Assembly: GCA_047285305.1 (NCBI GenBank)
Contig: JBJBDL010000003.1
Span: forward strand, 800,001-864,000
Direction of reading: 5' to 3'
Length of the DNA stretch: 64,000 bases
Origin: Synechococcus sp.
GTDB taxonomy: Bacteria; Cyanobacteriota; Cyanobacteriia; PCC-6307; Cyanobiaceae
A program made the translations under genes and the position numbers. A model generated the notes under the pieces. The model worked only from the letters and a program-made list of their open reading frames with translations, searched no databases and was not told where the DNA came from. The stretch's first letter is position 1. Each line of letters starts with the position of its first letter. Positions 38,768-51,489 of the stretch are shown here, in pieces.

Positions 38768-39232
38768 ATGACCTGGCTTCTGCTCGCTGAAGCAGGTGTT
38801 CCGGAGGGAGGTCTTTTTGACCTCGATGCCACCCTTCCGCTGATGGCGGTTCAGGTGGTTCTCCTCACCTTCCTGCTCAATGTCCTCTTCTTCCGTCCGG
38901 TCGGCAAGGTCGTGGAAGATCGCGAGGGCTACATCTCCACCAGTCGTGCTGATGCCAAGCAGAAGCTCGCCCAGGTTGAACGCCTGGAGGCTGATCTGGC
39001 TGAACAGCTGAAAGGTGCCCGTCAGGCCGCTCAGGCCGTGATCATCGAGGCGGAACAAGAAGTTGACCGGCTTTACCGCGAAGCACTGGCCCAGGCGGAA
39101 GCTGAAGCCAACCGCACCAAAGAGGAAAGCCGTCGTGCCATCGAGGCCGAGCGTGAGTCTGCCCGAACCCAACTCAAGGGCCAGGTGGATCAGCTGAGCA
39201 CCACGATCATCAACCGTTTGCTGGCCGCGTGA
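38768..39232 (+). CDS. atpF2: ATP synthase F0 subunit b' (atpG in cyanobacterial naming)
   Basis: [14 protein letters not shown]; operon position. Confidence 0.95.
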   Translation: MTWLLLAEAGVPEGGLFDLDATLPLMAVQVVLLTFLLNVLFFRPVGKVVEDREGYISTSRADAKQKLAQVERLEADLAEQLKGARQAAQAVIIEAEQEVDRLYREALAQAEAEANRTKEESRRAIEAERESARTQLKGQVDQLSTTIINRLLAA

Positions 39233-39713
39233 TGTCTCTCAATTTCAATCCGCTCGAAACCAATCTGGTCAACCTGGTCATTGTGATCAGTCTCCTGGTT
39301 TGGTTCCTGCGCGGTTTCCTGGGAGGAATCCTGGAACGCCGCCGCGCCGCCATCCTTCAGGACCTGCAGGACGCAGAGTCCCGCCTGAAGACCGCCACCG
39401 AAAACCTGAGCCAGGCTCAGTCCGAGTTGGCTGCTGCCCAGCAGAAAGCCGAGAAGATTCGTGCTGATGGTCAGGCCCGCGCCGCAGGCATTCGTGCCGA
39501 AGGCGAGAAGCGCACCATCTCTGCGATGGCTGCCGTCAAGGCAGGTGCCGATGCTGATGCAGAGGCCGATGCTGCCCGGATCAAGGACAGTCTCCGTCGT
39601 GAAGCTGCTCTGGCGGCAATCGACAACGTTCTTGCCCAGCTTCCGGGTCGTCTCGACGCCAGTGCTCAGGCCAAGTTGATCGATTCCACCATCAAAAATC
39701 TGGAGAACGCCTG

Positions 39714-39714
<1 letters not shown>
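39232..39714 (+). CDS. atpF: ATP synthase F0 subunit b
   Basis: NPLETNLVNL; operon position. Confidence 0.95.
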
Positions 39715-41841
<2,127 letters not shown>

Positions 41842-41854
41842 AGGAGCTGCCGAC

Positions 41855-42805
41855 ATGGCGAATCTCAAGGAAATCCGAGACCGAATTAAGTCGGTCAAAA
41901 ACACCCGCAAGATCACCGAGGCCATGCGCCTGGTGGCTGCGGCCAAGGTGCGCCGCGCCCAGGAGCAAGTGCTCCGCAGCCGTCCCTTCGCGGATCGGCT
42001 GGCCCGGATCCTGGAAAACCTCCAGTCCCGCATGGGTTTCGAAGATGCGGCATCTCCCCTGATGCAGCAGCGCAATGTGGAGACCATCACCCTGGTGGCG
42101 GTCACCGGCGATCGCGGCCTGTGTGGTGGCTACAACGCCAACATCATCAAGCGCACGGAACAGCGTTTTGCTGAGCTGAAGGGAAAGGGCTTCGACGTGA
42201 AGCTGCTGCTGATCGGCACCAAAGCCATCGGCTACTTCACCCGTCGGGACTACCCGATCCAGGCCACCTTCTCCGGTCTGGAACAGGTGCCCACCGCCGA
42301 TGAGGCCAACACGATCTCCACGGATCTGCTGGCTGAGTTCCTGGCCGAAAGCACCGACCGCGTTGAGCTGATCTTCACCAAGTTCATCAACCTGGTGAGC
42401 TGCAAGCCCGTGGTTCAGACCCTCCTGCCCTTGGATCCTCAGGACATCGCTGATCCCGAGGATGAGATCTTCCGTCTCACCACCAAGGACGGCCTTCTGA
42501 CGGTGGAGCCTGGTGCAGGCCCTGCCAACACCGAGCCGAAGATTCCTTCGGACATCGTGTTTGAGCAGACCCCTGAACAGTTGCTGAATGCACTGCTTCC
42601 GCTGTATCTGCAGAACCAGATGCTGCGTTCCCTGCAGGAATCGGCAGCCTCCGAGCTGGCTAGCCGGATGACGGCCATGAACAACGCCAGCGACAACGCC
42701 AAGGAATTGGCCAAGAGCCTCACCCTTGACTACAACAAGGCCCGTCAGGCTGCGATTACCCAGGAGATCCTGGAAGTTGCAGGCGGTGCGGCCGCTGTTG
42801 GCTAA
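41855..42805 (+). CDS. atpG: ATP synthase F1 gamma
   Basis: [33 protein letters not shown]. Confidence 0.99.
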   Translation: MANLKEIRDRIKSVKNTRKITEAMRLVAAAKVRRAQEQVLRSRPFADRLARILENLQSRMGFEDAASPLMQQRNVETITLVAVTGDRGLCGGYNANIIKRTEQRFAELKGKGFDVKLLLIGTKAIGYFTRRDYPIQATFSGLEQVPTADEANTISTDLLAEFLAESTDRVELIFTKFINLVSCKPVVQTLLPLDPQDIADPEDEIFRLTTKDGLLTVEPGAGPANTEPKIPSDIVFEQTPEQLLNALLPLYLQNQMLRSLQESAASELASRMTAMNNASDNAKELAKSLTLDYNKARQAAITQEILEVAGGAAAVG

Positions 42806-42844
42806 CCATTTCGGCTGATCTTTTCGGTCGATCGATTCATAGAC

Positions 42845-42871
42845 AGCCGGTCCTTCGGGGCCGGCTTTTTT
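42845..42871 (+). terminator. Rho-independent terminator of the atp operon
   Basis: agccggtcc-ttcg-gggccggct-ttttt. Confidence 0.85.
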
Positions 42872-42909
42872 GTGCTGTGTTTACGGTGAAGCGGAGCGGT
42901 TTGAGGGCG

Positions 42910-43625
42910 TGGGCGTGGGCGTGCTTCAGCTTCATCAGCTCTTCCCCACCGTCGTGGCAACGACGCAACTTCCTCTCGACCCTCTGCAGCAGGCGTCCTG
43001 CATGCAGGCTCTGCTGGAGCTTCGCGGCGAGGCCGAGGGCAACCCCAATGAAGGCTGCGCCTGGACGGGGGACCTGCATGGGGTGTGGCAGCTGCATCAA
43101 CAGCAGCCCTTTCAGGCCTTGGCTCAGTTGGTGGTTCAGCAGGCCTGGAGTTATCTCGATTCGCTTGGGTTTGCGCGAAGCCAAGTGGCCCTGCATCTGC
43201 AGCGTTGCTGGCCGGTGATCAGTGATTGGGATCAAGCGGTTGGCCGCCACCATCACCCCAATGCCCATCTCAGTGCTGTTCTGTACCTCACGGGTAACGG
43301 CTCGGGAGAAGAAGGCATGTTGCGGCTGCATGCGTCCGATCAACCCAATGAGTTGGTGGCGGGTTTGGCGGTGGGTTACGGCGGCCCGATTGCTGAAGGC
43401 CACCCGTTCAATCAGGCCCACTGGGATCTGGCCCCACGCCCCGGTTTGCTGGTGCTGTTTCCGTCGAGCCTGCACCACAGCGTTCTGCCCAACGACGCCC
43501 CAGACGAGCTGCGCTGTTCCATCAGTTTTGATTTCGTGCTGACAGCACCCGTGCAGGGTGGTTCGCCGGAATATCTGGCGCCCCACCCCCGCCATTGGGA
43601 CTCGCTGGACGAGCCCATTGCCTGA
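42910..43625 (+). CDS. TIGR02466-like putative 2OG-Fe(II) oxygenase
   Basis: LFPT, HHHPNAHLSAVLY, LFPSSLHHSV.PN, RCSISF; start approximate. Confidence 0.85.
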
Positions 43626-43657
43626 GAGAATGCGGCGTCTTCCTTGTTGAGCCCGGC

Positions 43658-43987
43658 ATGTCCGACGTGGCCACCTACACCGTCCGCGCAGAGTTCGAAG
43701 GCGAAACCCACAGCTTTCCCTGCCGCGCTGACCAGACGGTGCTGAATGCTGCTGAGGCTGCTGGCATCACCCTCCCCAGCTCCTGCTGCTCCGGGGTATG
43801 CACCACTTGTGCTGCGGTAATCAGCGAGGGCAGTGTTGAGCAGCCCGATGCCATGGGCGTGAAGGGTGAGCTTCAGCAGCAGGGCTACAGCCTGCTCTGT
43901 GTGGCTTTCCCGCGGGCCGATCTCACCCTCAAGGCGGGGCAAGAGGATGCGCTCTACGAAGCCCAGTTCGGTCAATACCAGAAGTGA
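43658..43987 (+). CDS. 2Fe-2S ferredoxin
   Basis: LPSSCCSGVCTTC...LLCVA. Confidence 0.93.
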   Translation: MSDVATYTVRAEFEGETHSFPCRADQTVLNAAEAAGITLPSSCCSGVCTTCAAVISEGSVEQPDAMGVKGELQQQGYSLLCVAFPRADLTLKAGQEDALYEAQFGQYQK

Positions 43988-44169
43988 GGCTCATCAGCCT
44001 GCAACGGCAGTTTCCTTGGCCTGCTGATGTGCCATTGGTTGAGTTGCGCAGCTGGATCCGTCAGCAGTTGGCTCAGGATGGTGATCTGCTGCGTTGGGCT
44101 CTTACCGCAGTGCACTCCAGTGCCGATGGTGGCCGAATGATCCAGGTGGAGGCGGTGATCAGCGCATGA
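43984..44169 (+). CDS. Hypothetical protein
   Basis: Overlap-coupled to both neighbours; LRWALTAV motif. Confidence 0.7.
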   Translation: MRLISLQRQFPWPADVPLVELRSWIRQQLAQDGDLLRWALTAVHSSADGGRMIQVEAVISA

Positions 44170-45218
44170 GCTCGGCCCCGATGCCAACGCTGATGCTGGT
44201 GCCCACGGGCATCGGTTGTGACATCGGTGGCTTTGCCGGTGACGCCTTGCCGTCAGCCCGCTTGCTTGCTGCAGCGAGCGGCTGCCTGATCACCCATCCC
44301 AATGTGATGAACGGGGCTTCGCTGTATTGGAGCGATTCCCGCGTGCTCTACGTAGAGGGCTATGGCCTCGATCGGTTTGCCGTGGGTGACTGGGCCCTGC
44401 GGCCGGTGCGAAGGCAACGGATCGGCTTGCTGCTGGATGCCGGCATCCAGCCCGAGCTGGCCCAGCGCCAGATTCAGGTGGCTGAGGGCTGCCGAGCCAG
44501 CCTGGGTTTGGAGATCGGCCCGGTGGTTTCAACGGATGCGCCGCTTGAGGTGACGCTTGAGTGTGGTGCCAGTGGCGCCAGCTGGGGGCGATTGGGGTGT
44601 CCTGATGCCTTGTTGCGAGCCGGTGAACGCTTGAAGCAGGCCGGGGCGACGGCGATTGCGGTGGTGGCCCGCTTCCCGGAGGATCCGGAGAGTGACGCGT
44701 TGGCGGCGTATCGCCAGGGCAGTGGCGTGGATGCTCTGGCCGGTGCTGAAGCGGTGATCAGCCACCTGCTGGTCCAGCACCTGCAGATCCCCTGTGCCCA
44801 CGCTCCGGCCTTGGACCCCTTGCCCCTGGATCCGCAGCTGGATCCAAGGGCGGCGGGTGAGGAGCTCGGCTACACCTTCCTGGCCTGCGTGCTGGTGGGG
44901 CTGAGCCGGGCACCGGATCTGGTGAGCGCCCCCCGGCAGCCTGGCGATCTTGATGCGACGCAATTGGGGGCGGTTGTGGTGCCCGCAGGCGCCCTGGGGG
45001 GTGAAGCGGTGCTGGCTTGTTTGGAACGGAATGTTCCGCTGATCACAGTGGAGAACCCCGCGGTGTTGTCGGTCACGGCCGATGCCATTGGTTTGAGCCA
45101 AGGCGTTCTTCATGCCAGCAGTTACAGCGAGGCAGCAGGGTTGGTGCTGGCGCTGCGGGAGGGATTGAGTCCGGCGTCCCTGGGCCGGCCACTTCCAGCG
45201 CTGCAACGGTTGGATTGA
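44166..45218 (+). CDS. DUF3326 family protein
   Basis: VPTGIGC.IGGFAGDA, ITHPNVMNGA, AGEELGYTFL. Confidence 0.88.
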   Translation: MSSAPMPTLMLVPTGIGCDIGGFAGDALPSARLLAAASGCLITHPNVMNGASLYWSDSRVLYVEGYGLDRFAVGDWALRPVRRQRIGLLLDAGIQPELAQRQIQVAEGCRASLGLEIGPVVSTDAPLEVTLECGASGASWGRLGCPDALLRAGERLKQAGATAIAVVARFPEDPESDALAAYRQGSGVDALAGAEAVISHLLVQHLQIPCAHAPALDPLPLDPQLDPRAAGEELGYTFLACVLVGLSRAPDLVSAPRQPGDLDATQLGAVVVPAGALGGEAVLACLERNVPLITVENPAVLSVTADAIGLSQGVLHASSYSEAAGLVLALREGLSPASLGRPLPALQRLD

Positions 45219-45646
45219 TGCCTGGCGGTTTCGGTGGAGCCTCCGATCAGAGCCCTTGTCCCTGTGGGGGTGGTGTTTATCGCAGCTGCTGCGGGCCCTT
45301 GCATCGCGGCTATCAGCGGGCCGAAACGGCTGAACAGTTAATGCGCTCCAGGTATTCAGCTTTTGCGCGCGGCGAGATCGACTATCTGCTGGCCACCCAT
45401 CCCGAGCCGGATGTTCCAGCACAGCAGCGGCGTCGTTCCCTGGAGCGGAGTTGCCGGCAGACCCGTTGGCTCGGCTTAACTGTCCTGGGTGCCAGCGCCG
45501 GCGGCCCGCGTGATCTGGAGGGAACGGTGCAGTTTGAAGCCCGTTATCGCGGTGGGGTGCTGAAGGAAACCTCCCTGTTTCAGCGTCGCGATGGCGCGAA
45601 GGATGGTCCTTGGCTTTATGTGGGTGCACTCCAGTTGGATGGCTAA
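45218..45646 (+). CDS. YchJ family (SEC-C motif) protein
   Basis: CPCG.G..Y..CC, TAEQLMRSRYSAF, W.Y.. Confidence 0.9.
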   Translation: MPGGFGGASDQSPCPCGGGVYRSCCGPLHRGYQRAETAEQLMRSRYSAFARGEIDYLLATHPEPDVPAQQRRRSLERSCRQTRWLGLTVLGASAGGPRDLEGTVQFEARYRGGVLKETSLFQRRDGAKDGPWLYVGALQLDG

Positions 45647-46782
45647 CGCAGGCAGGCCATCGGATGCCGCGGCGGCACTCCCAGTGCTTTGGCCACGCCG
45701 GGGTGGCAGACCGATCCCTGCACCGTGTTAAGGCCGGAGATGAGTTCCGGTCGTTCCGTTACCGCCTCCTCAAGACCTCGTCCGGCGATGCCCAGGATGT
45801 ACGGGAGTGTCACGCTCACCAGGGCTTCGGTGGAGGTGAACGGCACCGCACCAGGCATGTTGCCCACGGCGTAGTGCTGCACGCCGTGGATGGTCACGGT
45901 GGGATCGCGGTGGGTCGTCTCCTGGCTCGTGGCGATGCAGCCGCCTTGGTCGATGGCTACATCCACGATCACCGAACCGGGCCGCATCTGCTTCACCATC
46001 TGCTCGTCCACCAGGGTGGGGGCGCGCCCGCCGGGAGTGAGCACGGCTCCGATCACCAGATCCGCCGTTGGCACTAACCGTTCAAGAAGCCCGCGGCTGC
46101 TCACCACACTCATCAAGCGACCGCGCCGGTCGGCCTCCAGGCTGCGCAACCGCTGGGGTGAGCGGTCGAGCAGCAACACCTCGGCATCCATGGCGGCGGC
46201 TGTTCGTGCGGCATTCCATCCCACGGTGCCGGCGCCTAGCACCACCACTCGGGCCGGCTGCACGCCGGTGCAGCCTCCCATCAGCACGCCACGGCCGCCG
46301 TGGGGTTTCTCCAATAGGTGAGCTCCAACCTGGGCCGCCAAGCGACCCGCGATTTCGCTCATCGGTGCCAGTAACGGCAGGCTGCCGTTCTCCAGCTGCA
46401 CGGTTTCGTAGGCGATGGCGGCGGTGCCTGCCTCCAGCAGGGCCTCGCCAACGCTGGGATAGGCGGCCAGGTGCAGGTAGGTGAACAGCACCATGTCCTT
46501 CCGCAGGTAGGCAAATTCCTCCGCCTGCGGTTCCTTCACCTTCACCACCAAATGAGCGCCCCAGGCCTCTTCGCGGCTCACCATTTGGGCACCGGCGGCG
46601 GCGAAGGCTTCGTCACCAATTCCCGCTCCAGCCCCGGCTCCGGTTTCGATGCGCACCTCCAAGCCTTGGCTCACCAGCTCCCGCACCGCATCGGGAGTCA
46701 GCGCCACGCGCTGCTCATCGAGCTTGATCTCCTTCGGCACACCGATGCTGGCCATCGGGGCCGAGAGAACGGAGGCTGCCAT
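45643..46782 (-). CDS. ald: Alanine dehydrogenase
   Basis: IGVPKEIK, FTYLHLAA, PLLAPMSEIAGR, VDVAIDQGGC, NMPGAVP. Confidence 0.97.
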   Translation of the reverse strand: MAASVLSAPMASIGVPKEIKLDEQRVALTPDAVRELVSQGLEVRIETGAGAGAGIGDEAFAAAGAQMVSREEAWGAHLVVKVKEPQAEEFAYLRKDMVLFTYLHLAAYPSVGEALLEAGTAAIAYETVQLENGSLPLLAPMSEIAGRLAAQVGAHLLEKPHGGRGVLMGGCTGVQPARVVVLGAGTVGWNAARTAAAMDAEVLLLDRSPQRLRSLEADRRGRLMSVVSSRGLLERLVPTADLVIGAVLTPGGRAPTLVDEQMVKQMRPGSVIVDVAIDQGGCIATSQETTHRDPTVTIHGVQHYAVGNMPGAVPFTSTEALVSVTLPYILGIAGRGLEEAVTERPELISGLNTVQGSVCHPGVAKALGVPPRHPMACLR

Positions 46783-46855
46783 GGCGGCTTCAAGGGGATC
46801 CCTTCAATCTGGCTCCGCTGCGCGCAACCCGCCACATCTCAAGGGTGGGACTGCT

Positions 46856-48529
46856 TTAGGCCGCTGCAATGGGTAACCGCCAGCCGCTTCCAAAGGCCTG
46901 GGGGCTCACCTTGAGCAACGGTGCTGCCTGGCGTCGCTTGAACTCGGCCCGTTTCAGCAACCGTTCCACCCGTTGAACAAGGGCGGGATCGTGGCCGGCC
47001 GCCACCAGGGTTGGGCCAGACTGGCGCTCCTGGATCAGCGCTTTGAGCAGGGCGTCCAAAGCGTCGTAGTCGGGCAGGGAGTCGCTGTCTTTCTGGTTGG
47101 GCCTGAGCTCGGCGCTGGGGGGTTTGCGTCGAATCGCCTCCCCCACCAGCTCCCCGTGGGTCGGGAGTCCCAGCGCCTCGCGGCAGCCCAGGGCTGCGTC
47201 GCTGTCGAGCCAGTCGCACAGGGCAAACACGCTGGTTTTGTAGAGATCACCAATCACCGCAAGCCCGCCGTTCATGTCGCCGTAGAGGGTGCAGTAACCC
47301 ACGGCCAGCTCGGATTTGTTGCCGGTGGTGAGCAGCAGTTGGCCCTGCTGGTTGGCCACGGCCATTAGCAGGGTGCCGCGAATGCGTGATTGCAGATTTT
47401 CCGCCGTCACGCCCTGGGGCATTGCCCCTAGCGGTGCGGTCAGGGCCTGGTCATAGCCCTCCATCAGGCCGGCGATCGGCACTGTGTTGTTCTGCAGCCC
47501 CAACCGTTCGGCCAAGGCCAAGGCGTCGTCGATGGATCCAGCCGAGCTCCAGGGGGAGGGCATCAACAGCGCTGAGACCGCCTCGTTCCCAAGGGCTGCG
47601 CTGGCGATCACGGCCACCAGCGCTGAGTCGATGCCGCCGCTCAACCCCAGCAATGCCTTGTTGAACCCGCATTTCCGGGCGTAATCACGTACCCCAAGCA
47701 CTAGGGCGCGGAACAGCCGCTCGAGGGGGGGCATGGGTTGAATCTGGATCGGGGTGGGATGGCCGCTGTCCCAGACCGCCAGCTGCTCCTCGCAGACGGG
47801 GAGCTCCAGCTGCACGGTGCCATCGGCTCCCACCACAAAACTGGCCCCGTCGAACACCAGCTCGTCGTTGCCCCCCACTTGATTGAGGTAGATCAGTGGG
47901 CAATTGAGGCGTTGCGCTGCTGCCGCCGCCAGCTGTTGGCGCAAGGCTGGCTTGGAGGCATCGAAGGGGGAAGCCGCCAGATTGATCACCAGATCCGGCT
48001 GTTCGGGGATTAGTTGATCGATGGGATCAGGTCCGTCCAGGCGCTCGCGCTGCAGGCCGTCATCCACCCAGAGGTCTTCGCAGATGGTGAGGCCCAGTTG
48101 CTTCCCGTTGGGCAGCCTGAGCAGGCAGGGCCCATCGCCGGGGCGGAAGTAGCGCCGCTCATCAAAGACGTCGTAACTGGGTAGCAGCTGTTTCTGGGCA
48201 ATCGGACGCCAGCCCAGACGATTCACAAGCACCACACCGTTGTGCAGCCGTGGAGTGCGGGCATCTGATGTTGGTAGCGCAGCTCCCACCAACAGGGTGA
48301 CGCTGCTGTTCAGTTGGTTCACCAGCCACTGCAGCACCGTGTCCTGCTGTTGGAGGCGGCTGGGCTCGAGCAACTGGTCCCGGGGGGGATACCCCCAGAG
48401 GGAGAGTTCAGGGGTGAGCACCAGCTCAACAGCCTGCTCTTCTGCCCTGCGCACGGCCTCCAGAATCCGCTTCGCGTTGCCCTCGAAGTCGCCGACCACG
48501 GGGTTGAGTTGCGCCAGGGCGATGCGCAT
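46856..48529 (-). CDS. nadE: Glutamine-dependent NAD+ synthetase
   Basis: Nitrilase domain (TPEL, ICEDLW) plus LSGGIDS, ENLQSRIRG, TGNKSE, PSAEL. Confidence 0.97.
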   Translation of the reverse strand: MRIALAQLNPVVGDFEGNAKRILEAVRRAEEQAVELVLTPELSLWGYPPRDQLLEPSRLQQQDTVLQWLVNQLNSSVTLLVGAALPTSDARTPRLHNGVVLVNRLGWRPIAQKQLLPSYDVFDERRYFRPGDGPCLLRLPNGKQLGLTICEDLWVDDGLQRERLDGPDPIDQLIPEQPDLVINLAASPFDASKPALRQQLAAAAAQRLNCPLIYLNQVGGNDELVFDGASFVVGADGTVQLELPVCEEQLAVWDSGHPTPIQIQPMPPLERLFRALVLGVRDYARKCGFNKALLGLSGGIDSALVAVIASAALGNEAVSALLMPSPWSSAGSIDDALALAERLGLQNNTVPIAGLMEGYDQALTAPLGAMPQGVTAENLQSRIRGTLLMAVANQQGQLLLTTGNKSELAVGYCTLYGDMNGGLAVIGDLYKTSVFALCDWLDSDAALGCREALGLPTHGELVGEAIRRKPPSAELRPNQKDSDSLPDYDALDALLKALIQERQSGPTLVAAGHDPALVQRVERLLKRAEFKRRQAAPLLKVSPQAFGSGWRLPIAAA

Positions 48530-49110
48530 CAGCAGAGGCTCCCCGAAAGGCCATAAAGATTGTGCTGGAGCAACAGTGGCCACACCGCTTCAGGGATCTG
48601 AGCCTCATTCGGTTGCTGGCGTAGTTGCGAACTGGCGGTGGCGGGAACCTCTAGATCCAGCAGGTCCACCTTTCCGCCCAGATCGCGCAGGGCCCGAAGT
48701 GTGGATTCCTCGAGGGGCCAACCCTTGCGGGGGGCGATGGCCAGGCGGCACTGCGGCAGCCAGCAATCGCTTTGTTTCCAGCGGGGAATCTGGCCGGCGA
48801 GATCGCTGCCGACCACAAACACCAGGTTGCAATCAGGCCAATGCTGGGCTGCTCGTTGCAAGGTGATCAAGGTGTAAGGGCTGCTCAGATGCTGGGCCAG
48901 CTCGAGACGTTCATCCTGCAGTTGCTGCACCAGCTGGCCGAGCAGCATCGCTCGCAACTTCAGGGGGGCATCGTGCTGTTTCAGGGGATTGTCACTGGCC
49001 CATGTCGCCACGTGGTCGTAGCGGTTCAACAGCCCCTCCAGCAGCACTTGATGGCCGCGGGTGGGTGGATCGGCGCTGGTGCCCAGCAAAGCGATGGCAG
49101 CAGCGGTCAT
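48529..49110 (-). CDS. nadD: Nicotinate-nucleotide adenylyltransferase
   Basis: GTSADPPTRGH, VVGSDL, ASSQLR. Confidence 0.93.
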   Translation of the reverse strand: MTAAAIALLGTSADPPTRGHQVLLEGLLNRYDHVATWASDNPLKQHDAPLKLRAMLLGQLVQQLQDERLELAQHLSSPYTLITLQRAAQHWPDCNLVFVVGSDLAGQIPRWKQSDCWLPQCRLAIAPRKGWPLEESTLRALRDLGGKVDLLDLEVPATASSQLRQQPNEAQIPEAVWPLLLQHNLYGLSGSLC

Positions 49111-49111
49111 C

Positions 49112-50407
49112 TCAGGGCAGCAGTGGTTGCAGATCCTGCTCCAGGGCTTTGGGCCAGCGCAATAGCCAGTGGTGCACCACGGGATCACGTTCGGCCAGGC
49201 GGCGCAAGAGCGCACCGGGTTGTCCACCGCGCCGTCGCAGCAACTGCTGAGCCACCAGACGCCCCGTTCGGCGGCTGGCATGCACCGCCAGGGCGGCTTG
49301 GGCCAGGGCCACCGGGGCTGCAGGGGCCAAGCTGCCGCCGCCGCTCACCGGCACCAGCAGCAGCAGTGCTTGCTTGAGGGCCGCCAGCCCCAACTGCACC
49401 CCGCCCAACAAGGCGTTGTGGCTGGAGAGTCTGGTGAGCAGCAGCCGTGCCGCCGCTGGTGTCATCGGCAGGTTGTAGAGACGGCTGAGCTGCAGCACCA
49501 GGGCGGTGTCGCAGGCCATGCCTCCGGCCATATCCAATGCCAATACAGGGTTGACGGCCACGCCGGTGGCCTTGGCGGCTGCATAACGACCGATCAGGCT
49601 CTGGGCCGTGCGGCGGTGTTGTTGTAGCCGCAGTTCTTGGCAGGCCCTCTGGAAGCGGTCGGCTTGGCGCAGCGACTGAATCGCCAGCAGCAGGGTGCCT
49701 TCGTTCTCCAGCTGCCGGCAGAGCTGCTTCTGCAGATCCTGTACCTGCGGCGGCGTGATCCTGCTGCGCACCTGCCCATCGGCCTGGATCTGGGGGCTGC
49801 GGGGCGCTGCTGCTGCCGCGGTGATCGGCAGATCCACCGGCAGCCGGGCGCGGATGCTGTGCAGCAGTTCGGTACGTTCGTGCTCTGGCCAGCGGTCGCT
49901 CCGGTTTAGAACCAGCTGCAGGGGCTTGCCGCTCTCCAGCAGCGTTCGTAAGGCCTCCAGGTCGGCCCGGGTCAGGTCGCTGTCCACCACCAGCAGCACC
50001 AGATCAGCCCCCATGGCCACGCGCGAGGCCAAGCGAGCCCGCCCGGCGGCATCGATTTCATCAATGCCGGGGGTGTCCACCAGTTCCACCCTGGTCAGCC
50101 CGGCAATCTCCACAGGCCAGTCCACCGCTTGCTGGTGGCGGGTGCTGCCGTGGGCGACATCCGTTGCCAGCAGTGGCTGGCGGATTAAGGCATTGATCAG
50201 GCTGGATTTGCCGACCCCCACCCGACCAAACAGAGCAATGCGCAGGCGCCGTTGCTGCAGCCGTTGCAGCTGACGATCCAGCAGCTGCAATTCACCCCCC
50301 AGCAGTCCCTGGTCCCGTGGGCTCAGCTGAAGCTGACTGCGCCAGTGCTCCAGCAGCAGCTGGCAGCGCTCAACGGTATGGGGCGGGGTGGGTTGCATCC
50401 CGTTCAT
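49112..50407 (-). CDS. Era-like GTP-binding protein with DUF697
   Basis: GRVGVGKSS, DTPG, NRSD. Confidence 0.88.
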   Translation of the reverse strand: MNGMQPTPPHTVERCQLLLEHWRSQLQLSPRDQGLLGGELQLLDRQLQRLQQRRLRIALFGRVGVGKSSLINALIRQPLLATDVAHGSTRHQQAVDWPVEIAGLTRVELVDTPGIDEIDAAGRARLASRVAMGADLVLLVVDSDLTRADLEALRTLLESGKPLQLVLNRSDRWPEHERTELLHSIRARLPVDLPITAAAAAPRSPQIQADGQVRSRITPPQVQDLQKQLCRQLENEGTLLLAIQSLRQADRFQRACQELRLQQHRRTAQSLIGRYAAAKATGVAVNPVLALDMAGGMACDTALVLQLSRLYNLPMTPAAARLLLTRLSSHNALLGGVQLGLAALKQALLLLVPVSGGGSLAPAAPVALAQAALAVHASRRTGRLVAQQLLRRRGGQPGALLRRLAERDPVVHHWLLRWPKALEQDLQPLLP

Positions 50408-51402
50408 GCTGCCGGCTTGCGCCACCAACCGGCCAGCACGGCCAGCACCGATTCGGCACCGATCACGCCGACAAAGCCACCGAATTCATCAACCACCACG
50501 CGCACGCCACCGCTGTCGCGCCGGAAGCCCGTCAGCAGCCGATCGGCCCGGATCATCTCGGGCACGTATTCCACCGGTTCGCAGAGGTCAACGGGTGTGA
50601 GCAGGCCGCGGTTCTCCAATAGAGCTGTGAGCACCCGCTCGCGGCTGGCCACGCCAAGCACCTTGTCCACTTGATCGCCCAGCACCACCCACCAGGGGTC
50701 GTTGGTGCTCATCAGCTTGGCCCGCTGGGATTCGATGCTGAGGCTGCCGTCCAGGGTGGGCGCCGCCACCCGCGGCGTCATGAGGTCGCGGGCGGTGAGG
50801 TCGTTTAGCTGAAACACCTTGCCGATCATCGCGGCTTCATCGGCTTCGATCTCTCCCTTCTGGGAGCCGAGACGAGCCAGCAGACGGATCTCTTCTTCAT
50901 TAGTGCTGAGTTCCGCTTCGGCGGTGATGGCCGGCAGCATCCTTTCCAGCAGCAGCACCAGCGGCCGCAGCGCAAGGCCGAGCCAATGCAATAGGGGTGC
51001 GCTGGCCAGGGCCACCGGCAGGGCCAGACGGCTTCCGAGGGCTTTGGGCAGGATTTCCCCCAGCAGGATCACCAGGACGGTGAGTCCCACCGAGAACACC
51101 GGCAGGGCCACACCGCTGATGTTGCGCTGCTCGAACACCCAGGCGGCATAGCCGCCCAGCATCAGGCTGCCGAAAATATTGAAGCCGTTGTTCGCGATCA
51201 CCAGAGCCGACAGGGTGCGCCCCAGCCGTTGACGCAACTGCGCCAGCCGACGGGCACCGGCCACGGGGCGTTCCCGGGCCGCCAGCTCGTGCACCCGTAT
51301 CGGACTCACGGTCAGCAGGGCAGCTTCCACTCCGGAACAGAGGGCCGAGCCCAGCAGCACCACCAAAACCAGCAGCAACAGCACCAGGAGATCGGAGCTC
51401 AT
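50404..51402 (-). CDS. CNNM (DUF21)/CBS domain protein
   Basis: SGVEAAL, GEILPKAL, MTPR, VVDEFGG. Confidence 0.92.
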   Translation of the reverse strand: MSSDLLVLLLLVLVVLLGSALCSGVEAALLTVSPIRVHELAARERPVAGARRLAQLRQRLGRTLSALVIANNGFNIFGSLMLGGYAAWVFEQRNISGVALPVFSVGLTVLVILLGEILPKALGSRLALPVALASAPLLHWLGLALRPLVLLLERMLPAITAEAELSTNEEEIRLLARLGSQKGEIEADEAAMIGKVFQLNDLTARDLMTPRVAAPTLDGSLSIESQRAKLMSTNDPWWVVLGDQVDKVLGVASRERVLTALLENRGLLTPVDLCEPVEYVPEMIRADRLLTGFRRDSGGVRVVVDEFGGFVGVIGAESVLAVLAGWWRKPAA

Positions 51403-51489
51403 TGCCGTCTGAAACTCCTTTCATCGTAGAGGCCCTGGCCAGTTCGGCCTTGCCAACTGCCATCCTGTTCCCCTGAACGCACTGCTGCT